Source of the DNA: Folioceros fuciformis
Taxonomy: Eukaryota
Direction: 5' to 3'
Assembly (NCBI GenBank): GCA_049999805.1
Contig: JBNGIO010005877.1
Span: forward strand, 60,728 to 80,727
Length of the DNA stretch: 20,000 bases
This document shows, one piece after another, positions 1 to 12,021 of this stretch (positions are counted from its first letter, which is position 1; every line of letters begins with the position of its first letter). A program made the position numbers and the translations under genes. Below the pieces are notes generated by a model, which saw nothing but the letters and a program-made list of their open reading frames with translations, was not told the origin of the DNA and searched no databases.

Positions 1-791
<791 letters not shown>

Positions 792-948
792 TCAGCGGGC
801 AATGCGAGCCGCAAACGCACACGACGCAAGCCGCTGACACCCCGCCAGGCTCGAACCAGCCACCACCAGAAATTCAGATCTGGGAGCAGGGATCCAGAGG
901 AGGACTCGAGGCCGGTGATTATAACACGGACCGCAGCCGCTGCAAGAC

Positions 949-1048
949 NNNNNNNNNNNNNNNNNNNNNNNNNNNNNNNNNNNNNNNNNNNNNNNNNNNN
1001 NNNNNNNNNNNNNNNNNNNNNNNNNNNNNNNNNNNNNNNNNNNNNNNN
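949..1048. other. Assembly gap (100 N)
   Basis: Run of exactly 100 N, probably a placeholder length. Confidence 0.99.
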
Positions 1049-2324
1049 CCGACAACTTGGTCGTAAAACGTGGCGCCAAATGCTAAACGCCCACGAGGCC
1101 GGGCAAACCGAGGAGGCCAAGAAAACTCTCCCTTTTTCGTTCTTTCCCTTCTCCCGGTCCGCTACAGTGGCAGCTACACGCAGACGCTACAGTCTGGAAG
1201 GCTTTTTTTCGTGGGCTGCGAAAATATACAGCCTGAATCTGGAGCGGGGGAAGCAGCACTGAGGCACTCGACTACAGGGGCGAGTAGCAACAGGAGCAAG
1301 AATCGGGGCCGGGACGGAAGGAGATGAAGGAAGCGCACAGCAGTCGCAGCGCAGCAGATGTCAGTGCGAGACGAAGCCAAGGCAGCAAGAGCAGCAAAGG
1401 GCGGCGAAGTGGCGGCACCCCACACGCGCGAATGCGCGGGAGCTGCCAGCCGATGCGAGCATCAAACCCCGAGATCCCACATACGCTCCATCTCGGCCTC
1501 TGCTTTCTCTTAGGGTTCGAGCTTCTGCCACTTGGACCCCGGGCCCTCCGGCATCAAATCTCTCAAACCCGAAGTACATACCACCCGCGTTGCGTCTTTT
1601 TTCCACGCTGCTCATACTTGCACCTACACAGCTGACACACGCTCTAAAAATCTTTCTCCTCCACCTCCTCCACCTGCGTGTCGTCACCCCAGCGCAACCT
1701 CCCTGCCCTCTTTCCTCGTGTTACCATACACTTACCCATGCCCAACAACCAGCTTATTATCGGTACTCGGATTCCCTCCTTCGTTATTAGGTAGGAGGAG
1801 CACGACGTGTCTCGTCTCGCCTTAAGAGTGTTGTCCCACCATGATAAGAGAAGCTTTCCGGCTGCTGAAAGACCAGCTACTCTGCCACATGTCCACCTGC
1901 GTTGTTGCTGGCCCACAGTACAGTTCAGCACTCTAGCGCTTTTGCTGGACGTAACCAGCAGAGCCAAGCTGATTTTCCTTTCCTGCATAAGAGACCTCGA
2001 GCGCAAAAGCCCCTAACACGAGGAAGAGGCAAAAACAAAAACTGAACTTCTCAATCCGTTCCTTTCCCGCCCACTTGTGTACATGTCAGGAGGGAGTGTC
2101 GGTGGGTTTCCGCGGCCCATCCGTGGAAGTGCGTGCGCACGGCAGTCTCGATGGAGCGTGACGTGTCGCCTCCGCCGTCGACGCTTCGTGGCTACCCCCC
2201 GAAGCTTGGGCGTCACGGAACCTGTGGGCAGTACAAATACGGACCGCCCATCACAGGATTGAGAGCAGAGAGCAGGAGCGTGGGCAGGACGACCGCAAGA
2301 GTTCTGTGAGGCTCTCAGCCTCTG

Positions 2325-2444
2325 CGGGTGCTGTGTGGGAAAGTCAACACACCCCCACCCAAACGCAAAAGTGTGCTCGAGAGTCGTGGAGCTCGGGGCA
2401 CTTTTGCGTTTGGGTGCTGATGTGTTGATTTTCCCCAGCCTCCG
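2325..2444 (+). ncRNA. Pre-miRNA-like stem-loop (candidate)
   Basis: Arms 2337-2373 and 2399-2435 are reverse complements at 33 of 37 positions. The stem extends inward (CTCGAG/CTCGGG) to a 10-nt loop at 2382-2391 and outward (CGGGTGCTG/CAGCCTCCG). Several G-U pairs favour the plus strand. It matches no conserved miRNA that I recognise. Confidence 0.5.
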
Positions 2445-2683
2445 GAACATAGCGGCATCCATCTTTCAGATTCGGACCTTTACACAGCATTTGCCTGGAG
2501 CGGATGAGGACTGGGTTCCCAATTCTTTCTCGCCGTGCTCTTGGGATTCAAGCAAGACTGGATGACCAAACTGCTGCTACGCAGCATTATGACTCACAAC
2601 GCGACTTGATTCATCTACCATTGGAGGAGGGTGGCCTGTATACAGTCCCCTCTTCCGGAGTCCGGGAGAGATTTGAGAGCTAA

Positions 2684-4690
2684 TTAGTCCTTGGTCCTGA
2701 TAATTGTCACTGACCCGGTGCCCTGAGTGTGGATGGTTCTCAGGCTCACCACCGACTTGCCGGAAAGGCCTATGCCGGTTTCCGAGGGGTTGGGCCGGCT
2801 GGCTTCCTCGGCGAAGGGTGGAAAAGCTGGAACACCAGAGCGGGCCTTGGGAGTCGAAATCCTCTGATTTATGTCTTCCAATGTCACGTTGCCCTCCACT
2901 CCAGGAAGGGGTTTCACGACGTCGAACGGACAGAAGGGCAGGGGTGTCACTGGTTGTGGTTTGCGCGGAGTTGATAGCTGGCTGCCTGCAGTGGCCACAA
3001 AAGCAGTGCAGTGTCTGCCACAGCTCAGAACAAGGTCTGGGAGGAATGGGTTGCTCCGTGTCACCACTTCACAAACTCACCAGGAGTTGACGGCCTGCTG
3101 GGAAAAGGTGTGCAAGGTCCTTGTCCAGCAATTTCTTCACGGACTGAACGCCCACGCCTTACCAGCATCTGCAAACCTGAAAAACAATGACCACAGTCTC
3201 ACTCTCTTCATCACACATGAAGAGAGCAAAACCATCACCCCCACTAATATCCCTCTTCCTACCTGAGGATGCAAAGGTGGATTGTGACACGGGATTCCTG
3301 AAAGAAATGTTTGAATCAGCAGATACACACATTGTGAAGGTGGGAGGAAGAGGAAAGACAACACGACAATATTGCTCAAAAATACTTCATACGAAACATA
3401 ATTTGGAGCAGAAACTACTCACATCTCATGGTAATATCGATCCTGGGGAATACAAGCCAAACGCTGAACCTTATGGTCCGCTTGACTTTGATGAAAGCGT
3501 TGCTCAGGCCAAATCTTCGTGTCCAGATACTCACATTCTGCAATCTCATCCTTGGGGAACTTGGGAAATCCTTCCTGCAGTTGGGGATGCTCATGAACCC
3601 AAGCCTGCTCCGGGTGTAACACGTCCCCTGTGACCATTCGCTCAAGTGGAGAGTGTAGAGCAGATAGGCCCAACCACCCATGCTCCTCGGCACTGGCATT
3701 GCTTGCGATGGTACCTGGAGGGGCACACCAGTTTCAGACGCTAGCAAAGCCTTGAACCGGAGGTCCCTGCCCTTCCTTGTCTCCCTGAGGCGGAGTATGT
3801 GAGCCTTAATGCATCTGCCAAACCCGGATCATATACCGACTTACCAGCATTCGCATACCAAAAAGGACTGGAGGGGATGTTGCTCTGATAACCATATCCC
3901 TGCGATGCCTGAGTGAAGGACGACTCCTGGGACGACTGTGGGTTGTCACAACATTACAGGTATGTGGTATGTGAGACAAAGGAAATACAAACCTTCACGA
4001 CGTTCCTCTCCTACCACCACAAGGATTGGAAAGGAAAATGGGTCTGCTGTACATACGTCAACTTGGTATTCCGGATGTTGGAAGTTGTTAATGTAGTCAG
4101 CGGCAGCTTCCTCAGGATACTCCAACATCCGCCTCCGTTTCGGCCGAGGGCTGCCACCAGGATCCAGCTGCGGCTCGAATGAACACCCCGACATGATGCC
4201 ATCTGAACATAACAACAATGGCGTTGCACTCCAGAGGTAAGCACAAACAGATATCACGGCACGGCGTGAAACAAGAGATAGAAAAGCAGGGAGACCCAAG
4301 CATAACGCATTCACAAGAAGTGCCCACCTTGACTGCATTGCGACGAGTAGTACGCCGATGAAATCTCCGGGACATGGGAGATAGGAGTTCCAGAGTAAGT
4401 GGGCCCTGGATGGGTTTCATGCACGGATATCTCGTCCCATAGGGAAGCAGAGATACCTGCCAAGGGAGCCACAAATCAAGTTTGCGGTGAATTGACAAGC
4501 ATCCACCATCCATCTAGCCAAGGAGCACAATCCAAAACACCACGACGCTGCGCAATGCAATGCTGCAGGGCAGAAACATGAAACAGTCCAATGCCCACCA
4601 ACCTAGCGGATTCCCATCGCATTCGTCCAGCTTGTAGCAAGCGTCCGTCCAGCTGGGAATTGCGTCCGCATCAGTCTTCCTGTTCGCCAT
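2684..4690 (-). CDS. XRI1: XRI1 (X-ray induced 1)-family protein, about 392 aa; proposed exons 4690-4603, 4456-4328, 4202-4057, 3935-3845, 3714-3423, 3297-3263, 3176-3081, 2985-2684
   Basis: The C-terminal PFDVVKPLPGVEGNVTLEDINQRI...GLSGKSVVSLRTIHTQGTGSVTIIRTKD matches the XRI1 C-terminal signature. The internal KRRRMLEY and N-terminal ISASLWDE motifs are also present. All seven GT-AG introns are phase-compatible (1179 nt CDS). The middle exons are less certain. Confidence 0.85.
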
Positions 4691-4920
4691 GCGGCCGGCA
4701 ACAGCCTGCGCATGGACGAGAAGCAGGCAGGTGCTCTACTCTGCCACACACTACCACGAGACACGGAATCTTGCTCTCTCCTGCTGCAGATGATCTCCTA
4801 CCAGTACCCCTTCCTCACCCGCCCGCGGTTCAGACCGCAGTCGCACTCGCCTCAACGCCACTCCACACCGCACGTGCCAAGCACCCTGGTCGCCCACAGC
4901 ATTCCGCAATCCGTCCGCGC

Positions 4921-5565
4921 AATCCCGATTCCGATTACGATTCCAATTCCGCTGCGCAGCAGCAGCAGCGGCGGAGAATTACCCCTCTCCCGCAGCATGG
5001 CGCACCTGGAGGTGCCAACGCCTGCCTGGACCCTCGTCAGCAAGAGCGCGGAATTCCGGCGCTACAGGCGAGCCGCACTCCGGGCAGGAGGGCGCCACTG
5101 CCGGAGGCGGCTGCGGCGGCGAGCGTGCGCGGGGGCGAGTCTCGGCAGCCGGGCAGCCGCCGGCGCCATAGACCGCGGGAAACGAAGAGAGGCCCGGAGC
5201 AAGGAGCAAAAAGCAAAGAAAAGAGATGCCGAGGAAGGCAAGAAAGCAAGCAAGGAGCAAGCGGTCTGGATCTTGGATTTGGCCTGGCCTGGGCTGCCCT
5301 GCCGATCCCGGACCGTGCTTCTGCCTCTGCCTCTGCCTCTGCTTCTTCCTGCGAGATGCAAAGTGCAGAACAGGGCTGTGCGATGCCAATGAATGCAATG
5401 CGACAGGAACGCGATGACATGCAATGCCCGGCAAAGCAAGGCAAGGCAGGTAGGGCGTGCGGACGTCAGCCCACAGTCGCAGTCCCAGTCCCCGACCAGA
5501 CCCAGACCCAGACCCTATAGATGTGTGACGAGCCCGCCGCGAGGCCGAGGCCGAGGCAGAGGCAG
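4921..5565. repeat. Cluster of short degenerate hexamer microsatellites in the XRI1 5' UTR/promoter
   Basis: GATTCC-like units at 4921-4950, CTGCCT at about 5321-5342, CAGTCC/CAGACC at about 5474-5515 and GAGGCC/GAGGCA at about 5541-5565. Confidence 0.75.
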
Positions 5566-5938
5566 GGCTCACCCCGCGGGTGCACAAATGCGTTCCCAGC
5601 CCTCTGCCCAGCAAGTGCGTTTCCCTCCCCGGGCTTTGCGGTGCCCACCACGCTGACGTGGTTTATCGCGCCTTTTTAAGGCCACGCCCCAAACCCAACA
5701 TCCCTACCAAGTGTCCACTCGTGCCCCGCCTCTGCCCTAGGCTTACCCTCCACTTACTGTTCAACCACCCTAGCTCTTAAGGCGCGTGTTTGTTTGGCTT
5801 GGCACACGAGGATAAACAAAGACAAGCTTTAGAAGGAATCTTATTGTGTTTGTTACAATACATCAATTGATAAGGCTATAGTACAGTAAGAGAGAGCAAA
5901 AAGCAAGACTATGAGCTCCTTAGTTCTTTGTTCTCATG

Positions 5939-6661
5939 TCAAAACTTGCAGGGAGATAGTTTTATTGGTATTCCTGAATCAAAGATGAGCATAAGGTTAG
6001 ATGACAAAGGTTGTGCATGGAGAAAGAGTGACAAAGGTTGTGCATAAAGAAAGAGTGGAACATATGATATGAGTAATGAAATCATATTTACATTTTGCAT
6101 TCGCACAATGCTTTTATCTCCTTGTTCTTGCATGCCAAGTTCCTCGATGTCCTGAACTTCGAATGCACATTTTGTTTGAACAACAACATGAAACATGTCT
6201 AGGTCGTTAAACTTTTCAAACTCAGAAGGTAGGGTGAGGAGTCTAGGAGCCACGGCACCTTGCACGTATCTGCGAATACCTGTCTCATAATCTTCTTGCT
6301 TGTCCCACCCAAGAGCATAAAGTTTGTCTTCTAGTTGGTCGTAGCTTTTAATGTGTTCGTTGCTCCAACGGAAAGCAAGAGCCTTGGTAGGAGGTTTCCA
6401 ACCCACGATATCTGCTCCTCGTTCTTTTCTTGACCTAATGAAGCTTCCTCCCCTCTCTGACTTGGTGCCCAAGCTATGCCTTTCTGTGCTGGTCTTGATG
6501 GCATAGACTCTAGCTTCTCTTGCTTCGTTGATTTTGATCAAGCTCTCTCGGATGAGGCTAGCTTCCCTATGGACTCTTGAACTAACATATGGTTCTTGTT
6601 TCTTGGACTCTTTACTTTCTTGCAGATTGCTCCACATCACCGCTTTATTTTGTGCAGACAT
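5939..6661 (-). CDS. FPF1 (flowering-promoting factor 1)-like domain protein, intronless, with an N-terminal extension
   Basis: 6385-6149 encodes KALAFRWSNEHIKSYDQLEDKLYALGWDK...LLTLPSEFEKFNDLDMFHVVVQTKCAFEVQD. This parallels the FPF1 core (KVxVY..GE.VSSY..LE..L..LGWE...LISLP.DF.KFN...MYDIVVKN...F.VRD). The start is chosen at MSAQ (6661) and the ORF is open up to 6778. The C-terminal tail includes a 27-bp tandem duplication (about 6003-6057) and is uncertain. Confidence 0.75.
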   Translation of the reverse strand: MSAQNKAVMWSNLQESKESKKQEPYVSSRVHREASLIRESLIKINEAREARVYAIKTSTERHSLGTKSERGGSFIRSRKERGADIVGWKPPTKALAFRWSNEHIKSYDQLEDKLYALGWDKQEDYETGIRRYVQGAVAPRLLTLPSEFEKFNDLDMFHVVVQTKCAFEVQDIEELGMQEQGDKSIVRMQNVNMISLLISYVPLFLYAQPLSLFLHAQPLSSNLMLIFDSGIPIKLSPCKF

Positions 6662-7099
6662 CTTGGTTAGTTTGGTCGGAGAAGTGAAGAGATGAGGCGG
6701 AGGAGGGTTGGCGAGGCGTGGATCAAACCCTAAGCCGAGGGGAGTGTGGGTGGTGTGGGGCATCCGGCAACGTGACATGGAAGTTGCGGAGAAGAAAACG
6801 GAGATGGGTGCAATGCGTCATCCCCGTCAAGTCACCTGCTCACATGGCGAAGACGAGGATGAAATTTTGGTGGTGATCCATGCGCTGGGAAGGAGAAAGC
6901 ACGCACCCCGTACATTTGCCAGAACCCTGGTCCTGGCCCGGGAGAGGGAGGGAACCTACGCTCCAGTCCTTATCGCAAAAGGTTGGAGGAGTTGTGGATC
7001 CCAAGAGGGGCATTTACATTGCCATCTTTAGCTGGGCATCTGGCACCCAAAATTCGTGCATCACATAAGGGCAAAGCTGTTGTCATGTGACATGTCACA

Positions 7100-8671
7100 A
7101 TGCAGGAAGAAGTGGCCGGCCAGCGGACGGGACGGCAGTGCTGGAGGCGCGTGCTAGATAGAGAGACAAGGTGTATCATATCCAGTCTACGCAAAGGCAG
7201 TAGAGGCAACAAAGGCAAAGGGAAAGGCGAGCAACGCACACGCACACGCAGGGTGCGGCGTCGATTATGGAGCTGGTTGCTGCTATCGAGTGACAGCTGT
7301 GTGCTTTGGCTCTGCTCTTTGGACTGTTGCTTCCCCCTTTTGCAGCCTGTTTTTGGCACGACTGTTGAGTGCTCTGCTCTGACGCGGGCTGACTGCAGAT
7401 CCTTCCTTTCTTGTAGCCGGAATCGGTGTTTACATGCCAAAATTCGGCCACTTCCGGGTGGAAACCCTTGCTCAGCGGCCCTGGAAAAAGTCTGTAAACA
7501 CGATGGCAAAGGAAGGTTGGAAAGGTCAAAACAACCCACCCAGCCTTCCTGGCCCACGGGCAAGAGACACAGATGGCACATGCCCACACAGCATATGTAT
7601 GTAAGTCTATGTGAAAGGCCCAGGCTCAGTCCCTGGGTCAGGTCCAGGCCCAGGGCTCCGGCTCTGCGCCCCCCACCAGTGCTGCAGGGTAGGATGCATG
7701 TACTACTAAAGAGCCAGCGCTAGCCGCCCGGCCAGCGAGACAGCCAGCCAGCCTGCCAGCCTGCCTGCAAGCAAGGCGAGAGAAGGTACAGACAGCAAAC
7801 GCGCAGTGAATGTGATTAAAACATTTCCAAGGCCTGCCGCCTCTCCCCGGGGCCCGGCCGTCCCTCCGCTCAAGTACTTCGTATGCTTCTCCATCCCAGC
7901 GTCCAAGTCCATGTGTGACCTACCCTGCCCCTTTCCGGGGTTGCAGAATTTTGTAAGGTGGTAAGTTGTAACTGCCCTGACCGGGATGGAGCCAAGGCAG
8001 AAGGCACGCAGGCAAGCGGGGACCAGGGTATGTAATGGGAAGGCGTGGGATAGGCTTGGCCCGACGGAGAGGGGCTGTTGTTACCTTTGGGATGGGAGCA
8101 CGGATGCCGTACAGAACACCGAGGACGATCCGGATCCGCATCCGCTTTTCATACATGTTTACAGCTGCTACCTGCAGGCCGGTCATCAGCAGCGAACATC
8201 GCGTGGTATACGATTGGAAACTTGTGATGAGGCTGTTGGGTAACGCCACCCGCAAGGCCCAAGGCACGCGCCTCGGGGATGCCCGAATTCAGTGAGAGTG
8301 GAAGGAAGGGAATGAAGAAACCCTCGTACATGGCCTGGGGGCTGCCAAACTCTGAAAGCTTGCAGATATCGCACACAATGCTTTTGGAATTGTCTTGAAA
8401 AGGTTAGCTACCTCCTTTCCAGACATGGACATGATGGGCAACTCTGCCATGAAAGTTGCAACCGGGTCTAAAATACAACATCCTACAATTCCAATCCCAG
8501 ATGATGCCCCACCAAGTTGCAAACTGTTTGGTTCACCTCTGTGTTCCTCTTTGATAAACGCGGGAAAGTTGGTGTGGCAGCCTTACGTCTCTCTTCTTCA
8601 AACTTTGCGTCGGTGTCACACCACCATTAGCCATACCTCACGTGCTGATAGAAGGCAGAACCGTGTACTGA
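7100..8671 (+). CDS. Putative spliced gene of unknown function (possible exons ..7600, 7947-7960, 8178-8239, 8366-8402, 8581-8671)
   Basis: Strong donors (GTAAGT at 7601 and 7961, GTAACG at 8240, GTTAGC at 8403) and GCAG acceptors join into one frame ending ...MYNFVRWPVISSEHRVVYDWKLVMRLLDIAHNAFGIVLKSLTSLFFKLCVGVTPPLAIPHVLIEGRTVY*. No family is recognised, the start is uncertain and an alternative frame is also open. Confidence 0.3.
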
Positions 8672-9205
8672 GATGAACCAGTAAGAGGACATATCAGAGG
8701 ATGGACGGATGTCGGTTATGATGCATGTGACAAGACTTCAGGCCTCCATCCATGTCGTCAGAACACTGTTCGACAACCGGAAGACCCGTCGTTCTCCAGA
8801 TCTGCGCAGAGGTCTTTTTGGACATGCCGAAAGAGAAAGCAGCACTACAGCCGAGCCTTGCAGGCGGATGTCACACTTTCACAGTGTGGCCTGACTTGGT
8901 GATATACTGGTGTGCAAGAAGACTATGTATGGAGGTGAATATAGATCGAGGACAGCATCGCGATAATGATAGAGTATGCACATACATGACACTGTTGGCT
9001 TACCTTAACGACGCCCAAAACAAAACTTTTTTCAAAGCTAATATAAGATGATGCAGGACTACTCACCAGAGGATGGACCAGCCCAACACTTGCAGCTGCT
9101 TGACAGCTGCACAGTCGTCAGTCTGACAACCCCGGATGCGCAGCATGACTCCCATTATTTCTCGTCGGATAGGTTGTCCATGGTCCATGGCCAGGATTGT
9201 ACAGG

Positions 9206-11402
9206 TTATATGCAACACCTGCCACACAGACCCGTCTCCTGATCGTCCGTAGTGGACACTACAGCAGCGCCTTGTACGCCTGTTAACCACTTCCCAATGA
9301 ACAGCTGGGACGAAATCCTGGCATTGCCCTGATCCTGCAGGCATCTCCCCATGTCAGTAACCATTGGAGATCACCTCCTTGGACATTCAAACCCGCAAAG
9401 TTATCAGCAGCAAAAAGACATCTGCACCAGGAGAGACATGTACATGAGGTCGAATGTTGGATATTGCTACAATTCCGTAGTTTCGGGACCTGGTCCAACG
9501 ATGATGACTGAACGAGAATCCCTTCTTAAGGTGCTCAGCTCTTCCGGCTGCTCGCAAGAGGAAGTACGCGGACTTGGGCAGTGGACGGTTGGCAATGGCG
9601 CTAGTTGTAAGCTGGCAAAACTTCACTTCGTTGTCTTTGGAAATTCTTGAATGGCCACCGCAGTGGACATCCCCTGAAGGAAAGAACGCTGAGATAGGCC
9701 ATAGTGCACGACAACACTTGTACCGGGGATGTGAAGTCTACGCCCAAGACGAAAGGAAGAGAATGAGTGAAGAAAGATATAACACACCTCCCAAAACCAG
9801 AAGTTCGCGCCCATTCGAAGAGGATTTCCAGGTGCAAAGTGCTTCGCAGAACTCTATCTGCTCTTTGACATGAGCGGGATCTGACCAATGACCTTTGAAA
9901 TCTTGCAAGCGTTGCACAGCTCTCCCTAAAACAAACGTGAAACCAGAATCTAGGAAGACGAGGGGAGCTGGGGAGCACACCAACAGGGCACGAACGTTGT
10001 CAAAGAGCCCTCCAGGGCCAAGGCATTTGTGGAGATCATCCCACTGCCGAGATCCTAGATATGGTTTGGGATCGCCCTCCTGCCGGTGAAAGGACCGAGA
10101 CCCCCGAATATCAACAAACAGGTACCCCACTCCTCCTATCACATGGTAGTGGTAGTCCTGCAGAGCCAAGCCAAGTGTTAGGGGCAGGAAGCAAACCGCA
10201 TGCCTTCCAACAACTAGTAACTAGCACTGACTTACCTTGTCTATAGAATCCAACTTCTGAAAATCCACGTCCTCGTGCAGTTGCCTCTGGTACTCGAGAT
10301 TCACTATCCAGGCACACCGTGCGACGAAGAACTCGACATTGCTAGTATTTGCGTGCTCTTTGCTATCACCCCAGTTGTCCTGCACCTCGTGATCATCATA
10401 AATCATTAGGTTGGGACAATTGGCAAGGCAGGAAGCAGTTGGGAGATGGCCCCATGTCTGTCTGTACACTTCCCTGTACTTCTCAAGAATGGCCTGCTCC
10501 TTCTGTTTCCACTGCTCTGATGGCAGATCCTTGAGCAAGGCCATGGACAGCTTAAACCTGTCCGACCACTCGTCATAGTGCCCCTCCCCGATCCCATTAT
10601 CCATCAGCTTATCGCCATCTCCATAGATCTAAAAGACACCAACCTCTTAGAGTCGGGCAGCCAGCCAGTAAGGACAAGAGTGGAAACGAACGCTTTTCCC
10701 CCACCTGATCACCAAGATGCACCAGCTGATCCACACCCCCACCCTTAATCGCCGTCTCAAGATGAGCCCAAAGATCAGAACGCGGAGGAATATCCTGCTC
10801 TGTCACAAAAATCTTGTTGCAGCTAATAACTCCCACGGTCACACCACTCTCATCCGGCTCCGAAGGAAACGTTCTAAAACTCGCGGGAATCGAGCCCCGN
10901 NNNNNNNNNNNNNNNNNNNNNNNNNNNNNNNNNNNNNNNNNNNNNNNNNNNNNNNNNNNNNNNNNNNNNNNNNNNNNNNNNNNNNNNNNNNNNNNNNNNA
11001 CTTGGTAGCTGGCACAAGCCCTCCAATCTGAAACACCTCCGCCCTGCCACCCGCCAGAATCTTCTCCACCAACACCGGCTTGTGGTTGGGCCCAATTTCT
11101 CGCGGCCGTCGAAGCCTGACCTCAGGTCGCCAAGTGGCACGGCGGGTGAGGCTCCGCGCCAGCTCGGGCTCCCGCACTGGCGTCAGCTTTATCTTCACAA
11201 TCCCTGGCTTGTCCACCTCGATCAAGATGCGTGCCGTGGTATCCGTGACCTTCCCAATCACAGGCCCAACCTTAATCTCCCCCGGCACTCTCGACTTCAA
11301 CGCCCTTCGAAGAATCTTCACCACGCCCCGTCTTGCGACAGCCTTCCATCCGAACTGAAATCTCACACCTTCCCGCAGTTCAGGGACTTCCGTCTGGGCC
11401 AT
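9206..11402 (-). CDS. PhoD-like (alkaline phosphatase D / metallophosphoesterase) protein; exons 11402-10705 (contains N gap), 10628-10236, 10157-9788, 9673-9444, 9334-9206
   Basis: The N-terminal GPVIGKVTDTTARILIEVD is followed by PhoD motifs in the correct order: ISCN, LVHLGDQIYGD, NLMIYDDHEVQDNWG, LFVDIRGSR, LGGDVHCG, QLTTSAI and RNYGIV. Four phase-compatible GT-AG introns (76, 78, 114 and 109 bp). There is an in-frame stop just upstream of ATG 11402. Confidence 0.9.
10900..10999. other. Assembly gap (100 N) within PhoD exon 1
   Basis: Run of 100 N. The apparent frame change across it reflects the placeholder length. Confidence 0.99.
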
Positions 11403-12021
11403 CCCGGGAATTTATGCCTTTTCCTCCTTCCCGCCCTGCCCTCACTATCGCTGGAGCCTCGGAAGGACTGCTAGTAAGACACTCCACGGTATCAGCCGGG
11501 AGAGAGCAATGCCCAGGAGTGAACTCCGAGCGGACAACCCACTAGAGTAAGAATTGTCGACCGTCGATGGCCTCCCAGGACGAACGGCATTTCCGACCTG
11601 TTCCCGACAAGCCTTAAGAACGTTGCGGGCTAGAAGTTGCAGTATACAGAATTGGAGCTCGATGAGTAGAGCATTGCCGAGATGTTGGTCAAACAAACGG
11701 TAGGACCGAAAGAGTCGGTTAAGAACTTAGGGGATCCAGCTGGGTCTAAGCAGCCGGCACTCGACGGCATCGCCTGCCGCACATGGTATATGCCTGTGAT
11801 CTTCAAAAGATGCGCATGGATCAACGAAGCCAACGGCATTTTTCCAGAGCAGACCATCCATTGCCAAGCCCCCCGTCGAGCATGTGTAACTCCTGATAGT
11901 TTTGAAATGAGCAACACACGGCCGTGCGTAAGCCGCAATTTCGTTTAGATGTATGCGTAGTGATGTGGAAACCATCGGGAGGAATGTATGGCATACAGCC
12001 ATATCATGGCCACACTTAGCT

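Noticed and set aside
1050-2600. Protein-coding gene, tRNA, snRNA, SRP, telomerase RNA or hammerhead ribozyme in the PECT1-XRI1 interval
   Set aside because: The ORFs lack recognisable domains, and I found no diagnostic motifs (telomerase template, CUGANGA/GAAA core, tRNA boxes).
4591-5656. Several long overlapping ORFs (up to 309 aa) on both strands
   Set aside because: These are GC-rich, microsatellite-laden, low-complexity translations over the XRI1 5' UTR/promoter, with no recognisable domain.
5777-5800. Tourist/Harbinger-like terminus (TTAAGGCGCGTGTTTGTTTGG) next to the FPF1-like gene
   Set aside because: No matching inverted terminus was found in the window, so TE capture of the gene is unsupported.
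10839-11000. Apparent frameshift in the PhoD gene
   Set aside because: It coincides with a 100-N placeholder gap whose true length is unknown.
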